Source: an uncultured Arcobacteraceae bacterium (GTDB taxonomy: Bacteria > Campylobacterota > Campylobacteria > Campylobacterales > Arcobacteraceae). From it: 64,000 nt of DNA. The stretch's first letter is position 1. Every line of letters begins with the position of its first letter. The notes below the pieces were generated by a model, which worked only from the letters and a program-made list of their open reading frames with translations, was not told where the DNA came from and ran no database searches. The stretch spans positions 2,958 through 66,957 of the forward strand of contig CAZAOJ010000002.1 in the NCBI GenBank assembly GCA_964486745.1, given 5' to 3'. Positions 54,624 to 63,332 of the stretch are shown in pieces. The position numbers were made by a program, and so were the translations under genes.

Positions 54624-55063
54624 TGAGGATTTTTAGTTTTATATTTTTATTTATTATGTTATTTCTTTCTGGTTGTGAGCAAACCAAAAAAGATGGTGTA
54701 GCAAAAGTACACTGGGATAGAGATATGTGTGCTAGATGTGTGATGGTTGTTAGTGATAGAAAAAATACAGCTCAAACAAGAGATCCAAATACTGGTAAAG
54801 TATATATGTTTGATGATATAGGGTGTATGATACTTTGGTTCAAAGATGAACAAATACCTTGGAAAGATAAAGCCAAAATTTGGATAACAGATGTTAATTC
54901 AGGTGAGTGGATTGATGCAAGAACAGCGTTTTATGATACAACAAATATAACACCTATGGCATATGGATTTTCAGCCCATAAAACAAAAGATACTATTAAA
55001 GAAGGTGAAGAGATAGTTGATTTTAATGAGATGGCAAGAAGAGTTATAAAAATAGGAAAATAA
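54623..55063 (+). CDS. CxxCxM...DDxGCM lipoprotein (NosL-related, type 2)
   Basis: Lipobox LSGC. Motifs CARCVM, YMFDDIGCMILWFKD, TPMAYGFSAH. Paralog of 58195..58659. Confidence 0.7.
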   Translation: MRIFSFIFLFIMLFLSGCEQTKKDGVAKVHWDRDMCARCVMVVSDRKNTAQTRDPNTGKVYMFDDIGCMILWFKDEQIPWKDKAKIWITDVNSGEWIDARTAFYDTTNITPMAYGFSAHKTKDTIKEGEEIVDFNEMARRVIKIGK

Positions 55064-55065
55064 AC

Positions 55066-56274
55066 TTATTTTTTAAACATTAGTGGTTTTGTATCTTCAA
55101 TAAGAAGTGATGGTTCTATAAAAGGTGCTAGTTGTCCTAAAAAGTTTAATAAACTCATAATAGGACTAGCATAAAAAAATTTTACTTTTGGATTATAGTG
55201 CCATAGTTGATCAGCATATTGGTATATTCTATGTGTTGTATTACCTATATTATCTTTGTTTGAATCAAATCCTGTATAATAACTCCAATAATTGTATTGT
55301 ATAATATTTGTATTTGAGTAGTATCCCGCTAGATCTTTAACTATATCATCAATATTATTATCAAAAATATTATTTGTGATTGTATTATCTTTTATTGTTT
55401 GATGAAAATGAATAGCTTCTTTATTATATGAGATGGTATTGTTTGTAATATATCGTTTCATCCCTTTTGCTTTTTCACCACCATCTATATATATTGCCTT
55501 TGCATTAAATTTTAATATATTATGATCCAATACAAAATTGGATACACCACTAATTACTATTCCAATCCCAGCAGCGCCCTTTGAACTTAATATCTTATTA
55601 TTAGATACAATCATATCTTTTGCTCCCATAACCATGATAGCTACAGAGTTATGTTTATATGTATTGTGTTTTAATATATTATTATGACTATTTTGTATAT
55701 GTGTGGCAAATCTATTGTTTGTAAATCTATTGTTTGCGAATTTATTGTTATTGCTATAATTTAGTGTTATATCTCTTGAGTTATTAATAGTATTATTATT
55801 AAATATATTATTATTTGCATAATACAGCTTTAAAGCATTTCCTCTTAATGTAATATCAATATCTTTAGAGTTTATAAAGTTGTTTATAATTTTTGAATTA
55901 TTTACTATATTCATATCTATGCCATATAGATTATCTATAATTTTACAGTTTTGTATAGTGCAATTTGAAGAGTTATTTATAGATATACCAGCATCAATAC
56001 TCGTCATCATATTGCCACTATTTGTAATAGTTAAATTTTTTAAAATGACATTTGAGCTATTAATAGTAACTACACTATTTTTTTGTTCACCTTTTATAAT
56101 AACATTTGAATCTTTACCTAGTATAGTAAGTGGTTTATTTATAATTATATTTCCATTATAAATACCACTTGAGAGTTTAATTGTGGAGTAAGGTTTTGCT
56201 TTATTAATAGCTTTTTGTAAGCTATTAGAATAGGAAAAAGAGATAAAAATTAAAATTGATATAACTATTTTCAT
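55066..56274 (-). CDS. second NosD-family periplasmic parallel beta-helix protein (NosD2)
   Basis: 402 aa with signal peptide. Collinear with NosD at 62087..63313: AINKA...G.Y.GNI.INKPLT..GK, repeated N-rich beta-helix turns, and a near-identical tail YQYADQLW.YNP.VKFFY.SP..SLLNFL..LAPF. Confidence 0.8.
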   Translation of the reverse strand: MKIVISILIFISFSYSNSLQKAINKAKPYSTIKLSSGIYNGNIIINKPLTILGKDSNVIIKGEQKNSVVTINSSNVILKNLTITNSGNMMTSIDAGISINNSSNCTIQNCKIIDNLYGIDMNIVNNSKIINNFINSKDIDITLRGNALKLYYANNNIFNNNTINNSRDITLNYSNNNKFANNRFTNNRFATHIQNSHNNILKHNTYKHNSVAIMVMGAKDMIVSNNKILSSKGAAGIGIVISGVSNFVLDHNILKFNAKAIYIDGGEKAKGMKRYITNNTISYNKEAIHFHQTIKDNTITNNIFDNNIDDIVKDLAGYYSNTNIIQYNYWSYYTGFDSNKDNIGNTTHRIYQYADQLWHYNPKVKFFYASPIMSLLNFLGQLAPFIEPSLLIEDTKPLMFKK

Positions 56275-56303
56275 ATTTATCTCTTAAGCAGTAAAAATAG
56301 ATT

Positions 56304-56828
56304 TTAATAAAACCTATGAATCTCTTCTAAAATATTAGCAAATTCCATATCATCACCTTTTTGCTTTAAAAATTCAGTTAGATATTTTTGGCTATCTTCT
56401 ATAGTTTTTGTTTTTTCTATCTCTAATAGTTCTTTGTATAAATCAGCTATAATCTCTATAGCATGTTTTGATATAGTTTTTCTTGATGCATGATATCCTA
56501 TAATTTTACCAGTATCAGTATCTTTTCTAATTTCAAACTCTGTAAATATCCAATAATATCGTCCATCTTTTGCAAGATTTTTAACTACGGCATTTATATT
56601 TTTACCTTGACTTATTGTTTCCCATAGTAATTTAAATACAACTTTTGGCATATCTGGATGTCTTACTATATTATGTGGTTTACCTATTAGTTCTTCTAGT
56701 GTATAACCTGATACTTCCATAAAATAATCATTAGCAAATGTAATTCTACCTTTTTCATCAGTTTCACTTACGATATATCGATTTGGATCTAATATTATCT
56801 CTTCATCTATTGGTGTTGGTTTAATCAT
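56304..56828 (-). CDS. stand-alone Aer/CetB-type PAS domain protein inside the nos operon
   Basis: VSETDEKGRITFANDYFMEVSGYTLEELIGKPHNIVRHPDMPKVVFKLLWETISQGK...GRYYWIF. Paralog of 41070..41513 with an additional C-terminal helical ~50 aa. Confidence 0.85.
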   Translation of the reverse strand: MIKPTPIDEEIILDPNRYIVSETDEKGRITFANDYFMEVSGYTLEELIGKPHNIVRHPDMPKVVFKLLWETISQGKNINAVVKNLAKDGRYYWIFTEFEIRKDTDTGKIIGYHASRKTISKHAIEIIADLYKELLEIEKTKTIEDSQKYLTEFLKQKGDDMEFANILEEIHRFY

Positions 56829-56839
56829 ATTTTATCCTT

Positions 56840-57346
56840 TTATATTCTACCATTTATAAGTCTAATTAATGCATCTTTTACTTCATCAAATTTAAATATT
56901 CTTTTTCCACTATATTTTTTTGCAAATGCTTTTGCATCATCTTCATTTCCAATTGCTACAAGATCATCCCCTGCAGGTGAAATTGCTCTACTTCCATATA
57001 TAAAGAATGCTTCTTTTGCATTAATTGGTTTCATTGTAATATAATCAGTTACAACAATATCTTTAAAGTCTTTTTCACTTTTAACACCTACATCATACCA
57101 TTTCCCAGGACGGTGATAAAATTCAAACATTGATTTTGGGCTTGAAAAATATACAGTCTTACCATTTTTAAGAGTAATTTTAGCTACCCATTTTGGATCT
57201 TTGTATACTTTGAAGTGTCGTACTAAACAGATTGTATCTTTTGTATAATCCATAGTGTATGTTTGTTTAACTTTTGGTGGTAATAAATTAGTAGCATGTA
57301 ATAATCCACTTAATAATATACCAACTAACAATATCTTTTTAATCAT
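56840..57346 (-). CDS. nosL: NosL-family accessory protein (lacks the CxxCGM motif)
   Basis: Signal peptide. NosL core AFFIYGSRAISPAGDDLVAIGNEDDAKAFAKKYSGKRIFKFDEV. Sits after nosY, as in Wolinella-type clusters. Confidence 0.72.
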   Translation of the reverse strand: MIKKILLVGILLSGLLHATNLLPPKVKQTYTMDYTKDTICLVRHFKVYKDPKWVAKITLKNGKTVYFSSPKSMFEFYHRPGKWYDVGVKSEKDFKDIVVTDYITMKPINAKEAFFIYGSRAISPAGDDLVAIGNEDDAKAFAKKYSGKRIFKFDEVKDALIRLINGRI

Positions 57347-57357
57347 TTTATAACTCC

Positions 57358-58185
57358 TTAAACTAAATCTTTCTTTTTAAATATATTAAAACCAAGATAT
57401 GAAAATACTAAACCAAGTGTAACAGGATAAAGTATTGATAATACTACAAAAGTTGATTGTTTCATAGAATCTAATATATAAAAGGCAACAGGACCCATAA
57501 CTGTAAGTTCTGGATCAAATAGTGAAATAGCTGCAACTCTAAATATCTCCATAGGATTTATCATTGCTATAAATATAATAAGTTGTTCATCAAATCTTTG
57601 TTGCATCATTAAAGATATAAGCGCTATATCAATAAATGCTAAAAGTGCAATCCATACAAAAAAAGCAATTCCTAGAGCAACTTCACTTGATTTTACAAAA
57701 GATGAAACAAAAAAAGCTATACCTAAAAATGCACTACTCATAGCAAATAAAAGTCCAGTATATAAAAAGAATATATTCCATGGTATATCAGCACCTTTAA
57801 TTGCTCCATAAACAATTGCAGCAATCATAGCAAATATTACAGGGATATATACAGTGATAAATCTTCCAATAATTTTACCCCAGTAATATTGTTTTAATGA
57901 GATTGGAAATGATAGCATATATTCTAATACATGACTATCTCTATCTCCAGAGATTGAACGCACTGTTGTAATAAGTATAAATATTGGTAATATTACAATT
58001 GTAATTTGTATATACATAAGTAGTAATCTACTTAATCCACTAAACCCCATTACTTGAGATTCTGTAACTCCAGCTATAAAAAATAAAGCTATAAGCCCAC
58101 CAAAAACCACTGAATAAACTAAAAACCATTTGGCTCTTATTGATTCTTTTAAATCTAAATATGAGATTAATAATAAATTATTCAT
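57358..58185 (-). CDS. nosY: NosY ABC-2-type permease
   Basis: 275 aa, 6 TM ABC-2 topology, nos context. Confidence 0.82.
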   Translation of the reverse strand: MNNLLLISYLDLKESIRAKWFLVYSVVFGGLIALFFIAGVTESQVMGFSGLSRLLLMYIQITIVILPIFILITTVRSISGDRDSHVLEYMLSFPISLKQYYWGKIIGRFITVYIPVIFAMIAAIVYGAIKGADIPWNIFFLYTGLLFAMSSAFLGIAFFVSSFVKSSEVALGIAFFVWIALLAFIDIALISLMMQQRFDEQLIIFIAMINPMEIFRVAAISLFDPELTVMGPVAFYILDSMKQSTFVVLSILYPVTLGLVFSYLGFNIFKKKDLV

Positions 58186-58194
58186 ATGTTTCCT

Positions 58195-58659
58195 CTAATA
58201 TCCTAATATTTGTTTTCTTATTTTTGGGTTTGCCATATGCTCACCTCTTAACATTCTAATTATTACTTCACCAAATTTTATGCAATCTTTACACGGTTTT
58301 TCATATGCAGAAAATCCGTATAACATTGGAGTTTTTTCATTAATTGTAAAATTTGCTTGAAATGGATCGATAAATTTTTTTGTATCATTTGTAAATATCT
58401 TGGCTTTTATATTTTTTAGATCAATTTTATTATCTTTTGCCCAAAGTATCATACATCCTACATCATCAAAATATACAGTACTACCATTCTCATCTAATTT
58501 TGATGTATTAATATTAGATTTTGGCAATGGCATATTGCATTGAGGACAAATATGTTGATCCTTTTTTGCTTGCTCATCTGTTTTTGGTTTTGATGATCCA
58601 CAGCCACTAATAATAAATGACAATAATATAGTAAAAAATAGTTTAATGAACAATTTCAT
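58195..58659 (-). CDS. CxxCxM...DDxGCM lipoprotein inserted between nosF and nosY
   Basis: Lipobox ISGC. Motifs CPQCNM, VYFDDVGCMILWAKD, TPMLYGFSAY. Overlaps the nosF 3' end by 17 nt. Confidence 0.7.
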   Translation of the reverse strand: MKLFIKLFFTILLSFIISGCGSSKPKTDEQAKKDQHICPQCNMPLPKSNINTSKLDENGSTVYFDDVGCMILWAKDNKIDLKNIKAKIFTNDTKKFIDPFQANFTINEKTPMLYGFSAYEKPCKDCIKFGEVIIRMLRGEHMANPKIRKQILGY

Positions 58660-59284
58660 CTGATATAATTTTCCCTAAATCCATATAAATTTGACGGTTA
58701 ACTAATTGTTCAACCTCTTCTAGTCTATGTGTTACAAATAATAATACTTTATCATCTTCATTTTGTTTTAATAATCTATAAAAATCATCTCTTGCTTTTG
58801 GATCAAGATTTGCAGTTGGTTCATCATATATGATAATATCACTTTTTTTAGCTAAACTAATAGCAATAAGAAGTTTTTGTTTCATCCCACCACTTAATTT
58901 AAAAAATGATTTATTCATATTTGTATTTATATCTAGTTTCATCTCGTTGGCATAGTGTTTAATAAGTTCTTTATCAACCTTTGCACTAGTACTAATATAT
59001 GAGATCAATTCAGAAATACTTAATTTAATAGGTGGTGGAAGCTGAGGTACAAAACTAATATTTTGTAATACCTTTACTCTATCATGAATAGGATTTAAAC
59101 CATCTATTAAAACTTCCCCCTTTGTAGGATGGTAATATCCTAAAATAGATCTAATAAGAGTAGTTTTACCAGCTCCATTTGCACCCATTAATGCAATGGA
59201 ATCATTTTTATTAAAATCTACATTTACATTATCTAAAGATATATGTGAACCAAATTTTTTAGTTAAATTTTTTATTTTTATCAT
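58643..59284 (-). CDS. nosF: NosF ABC ATPase
   Basis: Walker A GANGAGKTT, signature LSGGMKQK, Walker B IIIYDEPT. nos context. Confidence 0.85.
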   Translation of the reverse strand: MIKIKNLTKKFGSHISLDNVNVDFNKNDSIALMGANGAGKTTLIRSILGYYHPTKGEVLIDGLNPIHDRVKVLQNISFVPQLPPPIKLSISELISYISTSAKVDKELIKHYANEMKLDINTNMNKSFFKLSGGMKQKLLIAISLAKKSDIIIYDEPTANLDPKARDDFYRLLKQNEDDKVLLFVTHRLEEVEQLVNRQIYMDLGKIISDEIVH

Positions 59285-59287
59285 AAT

Positions 59288-60193
59288 TTATACTAGACCT
59301 TTTAATCTGAAATCAAAACTCAATGCATCTGCATGACATACATCAATACATCTTCCACATAGTGTACAATCTGCACCACTAATATATGCAGTTTTTATCT
59401 CTTTTTCACTAATTTGTTTTTTATATTTTGCTTTAGTTATCTCTAAAACTTGATTTTCAAAACATACATCATGACATACCATACAGCTATCACAATTATC
59501 ATTCCACTGAACTCTAAGTGCTGATACTTTCCCAATATAACCATAAGTGGTACCTATTGGACATATGTATGTACACCATGCTCGACGTGAAAAGAAAACT
59601 TCCATAGCAAATACAACAACAACCCAAATTAGAGCAACACTCCAACCATAAGCAATCATTCTACTTAAAATACCTACTACATTAAATGTTTCAAATACTA
59701 AGTAACCACTTGTAAAACTTAGAAGTAAAAATACTGCCCAGAAAATATGTCTAACTCTATGGTCAAATTTTCTACTTTTGATTATTTTTTTATTTACTAA
59801 TGTATTGTGCCATTTTTCACCTATTTCACTAAGTATACCATATGGACATACCCAAGCACAATAAGATCTTCCTCCAAGTAAAAGATATACAATTACAATA
59901 GTTGTAGTTCCTATAATCATATTAATTGGTATATGATAAGTAGCCAAAAATACTTCTAAAGTCATAAAAGGATCAATCATATGAAATCCTAAAAATCTTG
60001 ATCCACTTAAAGTTCCTTCAAGCATTTGTAAATCAATAAAAAATGATAAGAAAAAAAGAAGATGAATAGAAATTACTAAAATCCATCTTTTCATTCTATA
60101 ACTAAACTTTCTTTTACCATCTTTTGTAACATCAAAAAATGTATCCCAAAAAGTTGTATTTTTTATTGTTGCCCGATTATTATACTTATCCAT
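59288..60193 (-). CDS. nosH: NosH (NapH-like membrane quinol dehydrogenase subunit)
   Basis: TM helices with YCAWVCP and WCTYICP motifs, plus C-terminal CDSCMVCHDVC and CTLCGRCIDVC clusters. Paralog of napH in this window. Confidence 0.85.
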   Translation of the reverse strand: MDKYNNRATIKNTTFWDTFFDVTKDGKRKFSYRMKRWILVISIHLLFFLSFFIDLQMLEGTLSGSRFLGFHMIDPFMTLEVFLATYHIPINMIIGTTTIVIVYLLLGGRSYCAWVCPYGILSEIGEKWHNTLVNKKIIKSRKFDHRVRHIFWAVFLLLSFTSGYLVFETFNVVGILSRMIAYGWSVALIWVVVVFAMEVFFSRRAWCTYICPIGTTYGYIGKVSALRVQWNDNCDSCMVCHDVCFENQVLEITKAKYKKQISEKEIKTAYISGADCTLCGRCIDVCHADALSFDFRLKGLV

Positions 60194-60210
60194 TTTATTT
60201 TCCTAAAGTA

Positions 60211-60711
60211 TTATTTGTTTTCAAGTGCTTTAGCACGTTCAGGGAATTCTCCAATCTCTTTTGCCAATTCTCTAAAATCAGATTCATCTAATGACATTAA
60301 TAAACCTTTCATAATAATATTTTCTTTTCTACCAGCTTTAAAATCAACCAAATCTTGATAAATAACTTCTTCGCTTTGTCCAAAAAGTTTTGGTCCCATC
60401 ATAGGTTTTCCATTTTGAAAACCACTACCATTAACACCATGACAAGAAGAACATTTACTTTTATATTTTTGACTAACTTTAAATGCTCCAGCATTTCCTG
60501 CTTTTTCTCTTAATGCATTTAATGCATCATTTTCTTTTTCTCTATCAGATTTCTCTTTAGGTTTAGTCTCTTGTGCATTTGCTGTTCTATTACCAATATC
60601 TGCTATAACTTTACCATGCTCTCCTCCGTGATATGCACCACCTTGTGAAGCAGTATATGCCATAAGTGCTAAAACAATTAATGTTGAAATTCCTGCTATT
60701 ATATTTTTCAT
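60211..60711 (-). CDS. nosC2: NosC2 monohaem cytochrome c
   Basis: Signal or anchor sequence, single CSSCH, and position after nosC1. Confidence 0.75.
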   Translation of the reverse strand: MKNIIAGISTLIVLALMAYTASQGGAYHGGEHGKVIADIGNRTANAQETKPKEKSDREKENDALNALREKAGNAGAFKVSQKYKSKCSSCHGVNGSGFQNGKPMMGPKLFGQSEEVIYQDLVDFKAGRKENIIMKGLLMSLDESDFRELAKEIGEFPERAKALENK

Positions 60712-61316
60712 TTTCTTGCTCCTAGTTTTTCTATCTCATTATTAAATTTGTATATCTCTTGTGCTATCTCTTTTATTTGTTGATCACTCATCATCTTAAT
60801 TAAATCATCCATTAAAGGGTTTGATTTTTTCCCACTTTTAAAATCATTAATTGCATTATAAATAAAATCAGCATCTTTACCTAAAAGTGATGGTCCTACC
60901 ACTCCATTTGCATAATCATCATGACAAGCAGAACATTTTAATTTAAAATTTTTACTTAATTGTTTTACTATTAAAGATATCTGAACTCTTTCATATGGAC
61001 TTCTAATATGCATATTAGCATCTAAGATTGTTCTAGGTTTTTCTCTTACAGAAGCATCATTATTTGCTGGTTGTGCATTTTGAGAGTATTCACTATTTAC
61101 ATTATAATCATAATAATATGCTTTGCCATCTTTTACTTGAAGCTTTGTTTTAGCTTTTTCTTTTACTTTTATCTCATTTGCATTTGTGTTTTGTTCAATC
61201 TCAATTTGAGGATTATTATTTGTTGCTAAAGTCTTACTTTCTTTTGTATCACTTTGTTTTTTATCACCACAACCAATAAAAGCAACTAAACATAGTGTAT
61301 ATATTAGTAATTTCAT
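60708..61316 (-). CDS. nosC1: NosC1 monohaem cytochrome c (lipobox FIGC)
   Basis: Single CSACH. C-terminal region homologous to NosC2 (FK.G.K.N..M......M.....E.A.EI). Confidence 0.75.
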   Translation of the reverse strand: MKLLIYTLCLVAFIGCGDKKQSDTKESKTLATNNNPQIEIEQNTNANEIKVKEKAKTKLQVKDGKAYYYDYNVNSEYSQNAQPANNDASVREKPRTILDANMHIRSPYERVQISLIVKQLSKNFKLKCSACHDDYANGVVGPSLLGKDADFIYNAINDFKSGKKSNPLMDDLIKMMSDQQIKEIAQEIYKFNNEIEKLGARK

Positions 61317-62059
61317 ACTCTTTTTCCTTTTTCATAATAATCTTCATATGTTAATCTTGGTTTTATAACTATCGAAGGAGTTTGCGTAGGACATACCTCT
61401 TGACATACTCCACATCCTGTACATCCATCATAGATTTCAGGTCTAATTATTCCAACTTTCGTTCTAACCATTTCAATAGCACCTAGAGGGTTTGGCATAG
61501 GACACATATCTGCACATAAACTACAAGCTTTTCCTTCATATGATTCATATTTTTCTAAAACTTTTTCTTCATATTGAGTTACATTTGTTTGATTTGTTAA
61601 AAATTCTTTCATTTTTTTAGCATGTCCCTTAGGTACAGGTTTTCGCTGAACTGCAAGACAAGATCTTGGGTGTTCAAGTACTGCTATTCCCATTTTAATA
61701 TCAGTTGCTTTTTCTGTATGATGATCTAAAGCTCCACTTGGACAAGCTAATACACATGGTACTGCTTCACAAGCATAACATCCTCTTTCATTTGCATCTA
61801 TATAAGGAGTTCCTACTCCATGTCCTTTACCAAAATCTGATAATTTTATAGAGTGATATGGACATACTTGTAAACACTGTCCACATTTTATACATAGTGC
61901 TAAAAATTCATCCTCTTCAACAGCACCTGGAGGTCTTAGACGATTTTCTGCTCTAACTCCCATAGGGCTAAAAGCGACTCCTGCACCTGCAGCTAGTGCC
62001 AATATTCCAATAGTTGAATATTTTATAAAATCTCTTCTATCTGTTTTAAACTTTGCCAT
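61313..62059 (-). CDS. nosG: NosG (NapG-like periplasmic poly-ferredoxin, Tat signal)
   Basis: DRRDFIKY twin-Arg signal and four 4Fe-4S motifs (CIKCGQCLQVCP, CTGCGVCQEVCP and others). Confidence 0.85.
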   Translation of the reverse strand: MAKFKTDRRDFIKYSTIGILALAAGAGVAFSPMGVRAENRLRPPGAVEEDEFLALCIKCGQCLQVCPYHSIKLSDFGKGHGVGTPYIDANERGCYACEAVPCVLACPSGALDHHTEKATDIKMGIAVLEHPRSCLAVQRKPVPKGHAKKMKEFLTNQTNVTQYEEKVLEKYESYEGKACSLCADMCPMPNPLGAIEMVRTKVGIIRPEIYDGCTGCGVCQEVCPTQTPSIVIKPRLTYEDYYEKGKRV

Positions 62060-62086
62060 ATTGTTTTATCCTTTGCCTATATAAAT

Positions 62087-63313
62087 CTAATTTGTTTTAT
62101 CTTGTTTTATTGATACAAGTGGTCTTTGATCTTCTAATAAAAATAGTGGTTTAGAAAATGGAGCTAATTTTGCTAAAAAATTTAATAGTGATATTACAGG
62201 AGATCCATAAAAAAATTTTACATCAGGATTATATATCCAAAGTTGATCAGCATATTGATAAACTCTATGTGGAGTATCTCCTATATTGTCATTATTCTTA
62301 TCAAACCCCTCATAGTTATCCCAATAGTTTTCTACTATTTCATTTTCGTTTGTTTTACTACCTCTACTATCATTTACAATATCTTCAATATTACCCATAA
62401 TAATGTTTTTCTTAATAATATTATTCTCACTTAAAGAGTGAAAATGCATAGCTTCACTATTATATAGAATTTTATTTCCAATTATCCAGTCATGAGTATC
62501 TGGTTCAAATGGACTTCTATCAATATAAAAACCTTGCGCACAGTATATAACTGTATTATTCTTAAGTGTAAAATTTGATACATCTTTAAGACCAATACCC
62601 ATACCAGTAGCTCCAAGTGAACTCTGCACTGTATTATTAGTTGCAATAGTGTCTTGTGAATACATAAAGAATATACCAACTGAATTATATTTGTAAGTAT
62701 TATTTCTAACTATATTTTTACCAGCATACATAAAGTGTAAAGAATATCTATTATATTCCCCATAGTTTTCCTCAATAATATTACCATGAGAATACCATAC
62801 AACCATATCTCTTGATTTTTTTAATGTATTTTTCTTGATTAGATTATCATTACTATACCAAAGTCTAAGTCCATCACCTCTTAATCCTAAATCTACATCT
62901 TTTGATGTGATATTATTATTTGAGACAATAGAATTATTTACCATTTGTAAATCAATACCGAATAAACAATCTTTTATAGTACAGTTGCTAATTTCATTTT
63001 GTTTTCCATCACTTAGTTTGATAGCAGAATCAAGATTTTCATGTCTATCACCGCTGTTTATTATAGTTAAATTTTTTAATGTTATATATGAACCTTTTGC
63101 TACTATTACAGTACCTTTATTTTGCCCATCAATAATAACACTATCACTTTTTCCTATGATTGTAAGAGGTTTATTAATAGTAATATTACCTTTGTATACT
63201 CCAGCAGGAAGTTTAAGAATAGATCCTGCTGGTGCTTTATTTATAGCATCTTGCAATATATTTGCATCTGCATAGATAAAACATAAAAAACTAATAATTA
63301 AACTTCTTAACAC
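62087..63313 (-). CDS. nosD: NosD periplasmic copper-handling beta-helix protein
   Basis: 408 aa, signal peptide, parallel beta-helix repeats, position after nosB. Confidence 0.85.
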   Translation of the reverse strand: MLRSLIISFLCFIYADANILQDAINKAPAGSILKLPAGVYKGNITINKPLTIIGKSDSVIIDGQNKGTVIVAKGSYITLKNLTIINSGDRHENLDSAIKLSDGKQNEISNCTIKDCLFGIDLQMVNNSIVSNNNITSKDVDLGLRGDGLRLWYSNDNLIKKNTLKKSRDMVVWYSHGNIIEENYGEYNRYSLHFMYAGKNIVRNNTYKYNSVGIFFMYSQDTIATNNTVQSSLGATGMGIGLKDVSNFTLKNNTVIYCAQGFYIDRSPFEPDTHDWIIGNKILYNSEAMHFHSLSENNIIKKNIIMGNIEDIVNDSRGSKTNENEIVENYWDNYEGFDKNNDNIGDTPHRVYQYADQLWIYNPDVKFFYGSPVISLLNFLAKLAPFSKPLFLLEDQRPLVSIKQDKTN

Positions 63314-63332
63314 TTGATTTTCCTATTAATAT

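Noticed and set aside
55063-55066. Convergent operons ending 2 nt apart with no terminator, as a special regulatory feature
   Set aside because: Equally tight or overlapping convergent junctions occur at glmS/modC (3 nt), rnhB/sensor (8-nt overlap), TauE/crp (3 nt) and arginine kinase/rmuC (1 nt). This is a genome-wide compaction trait, not specific to this locus.
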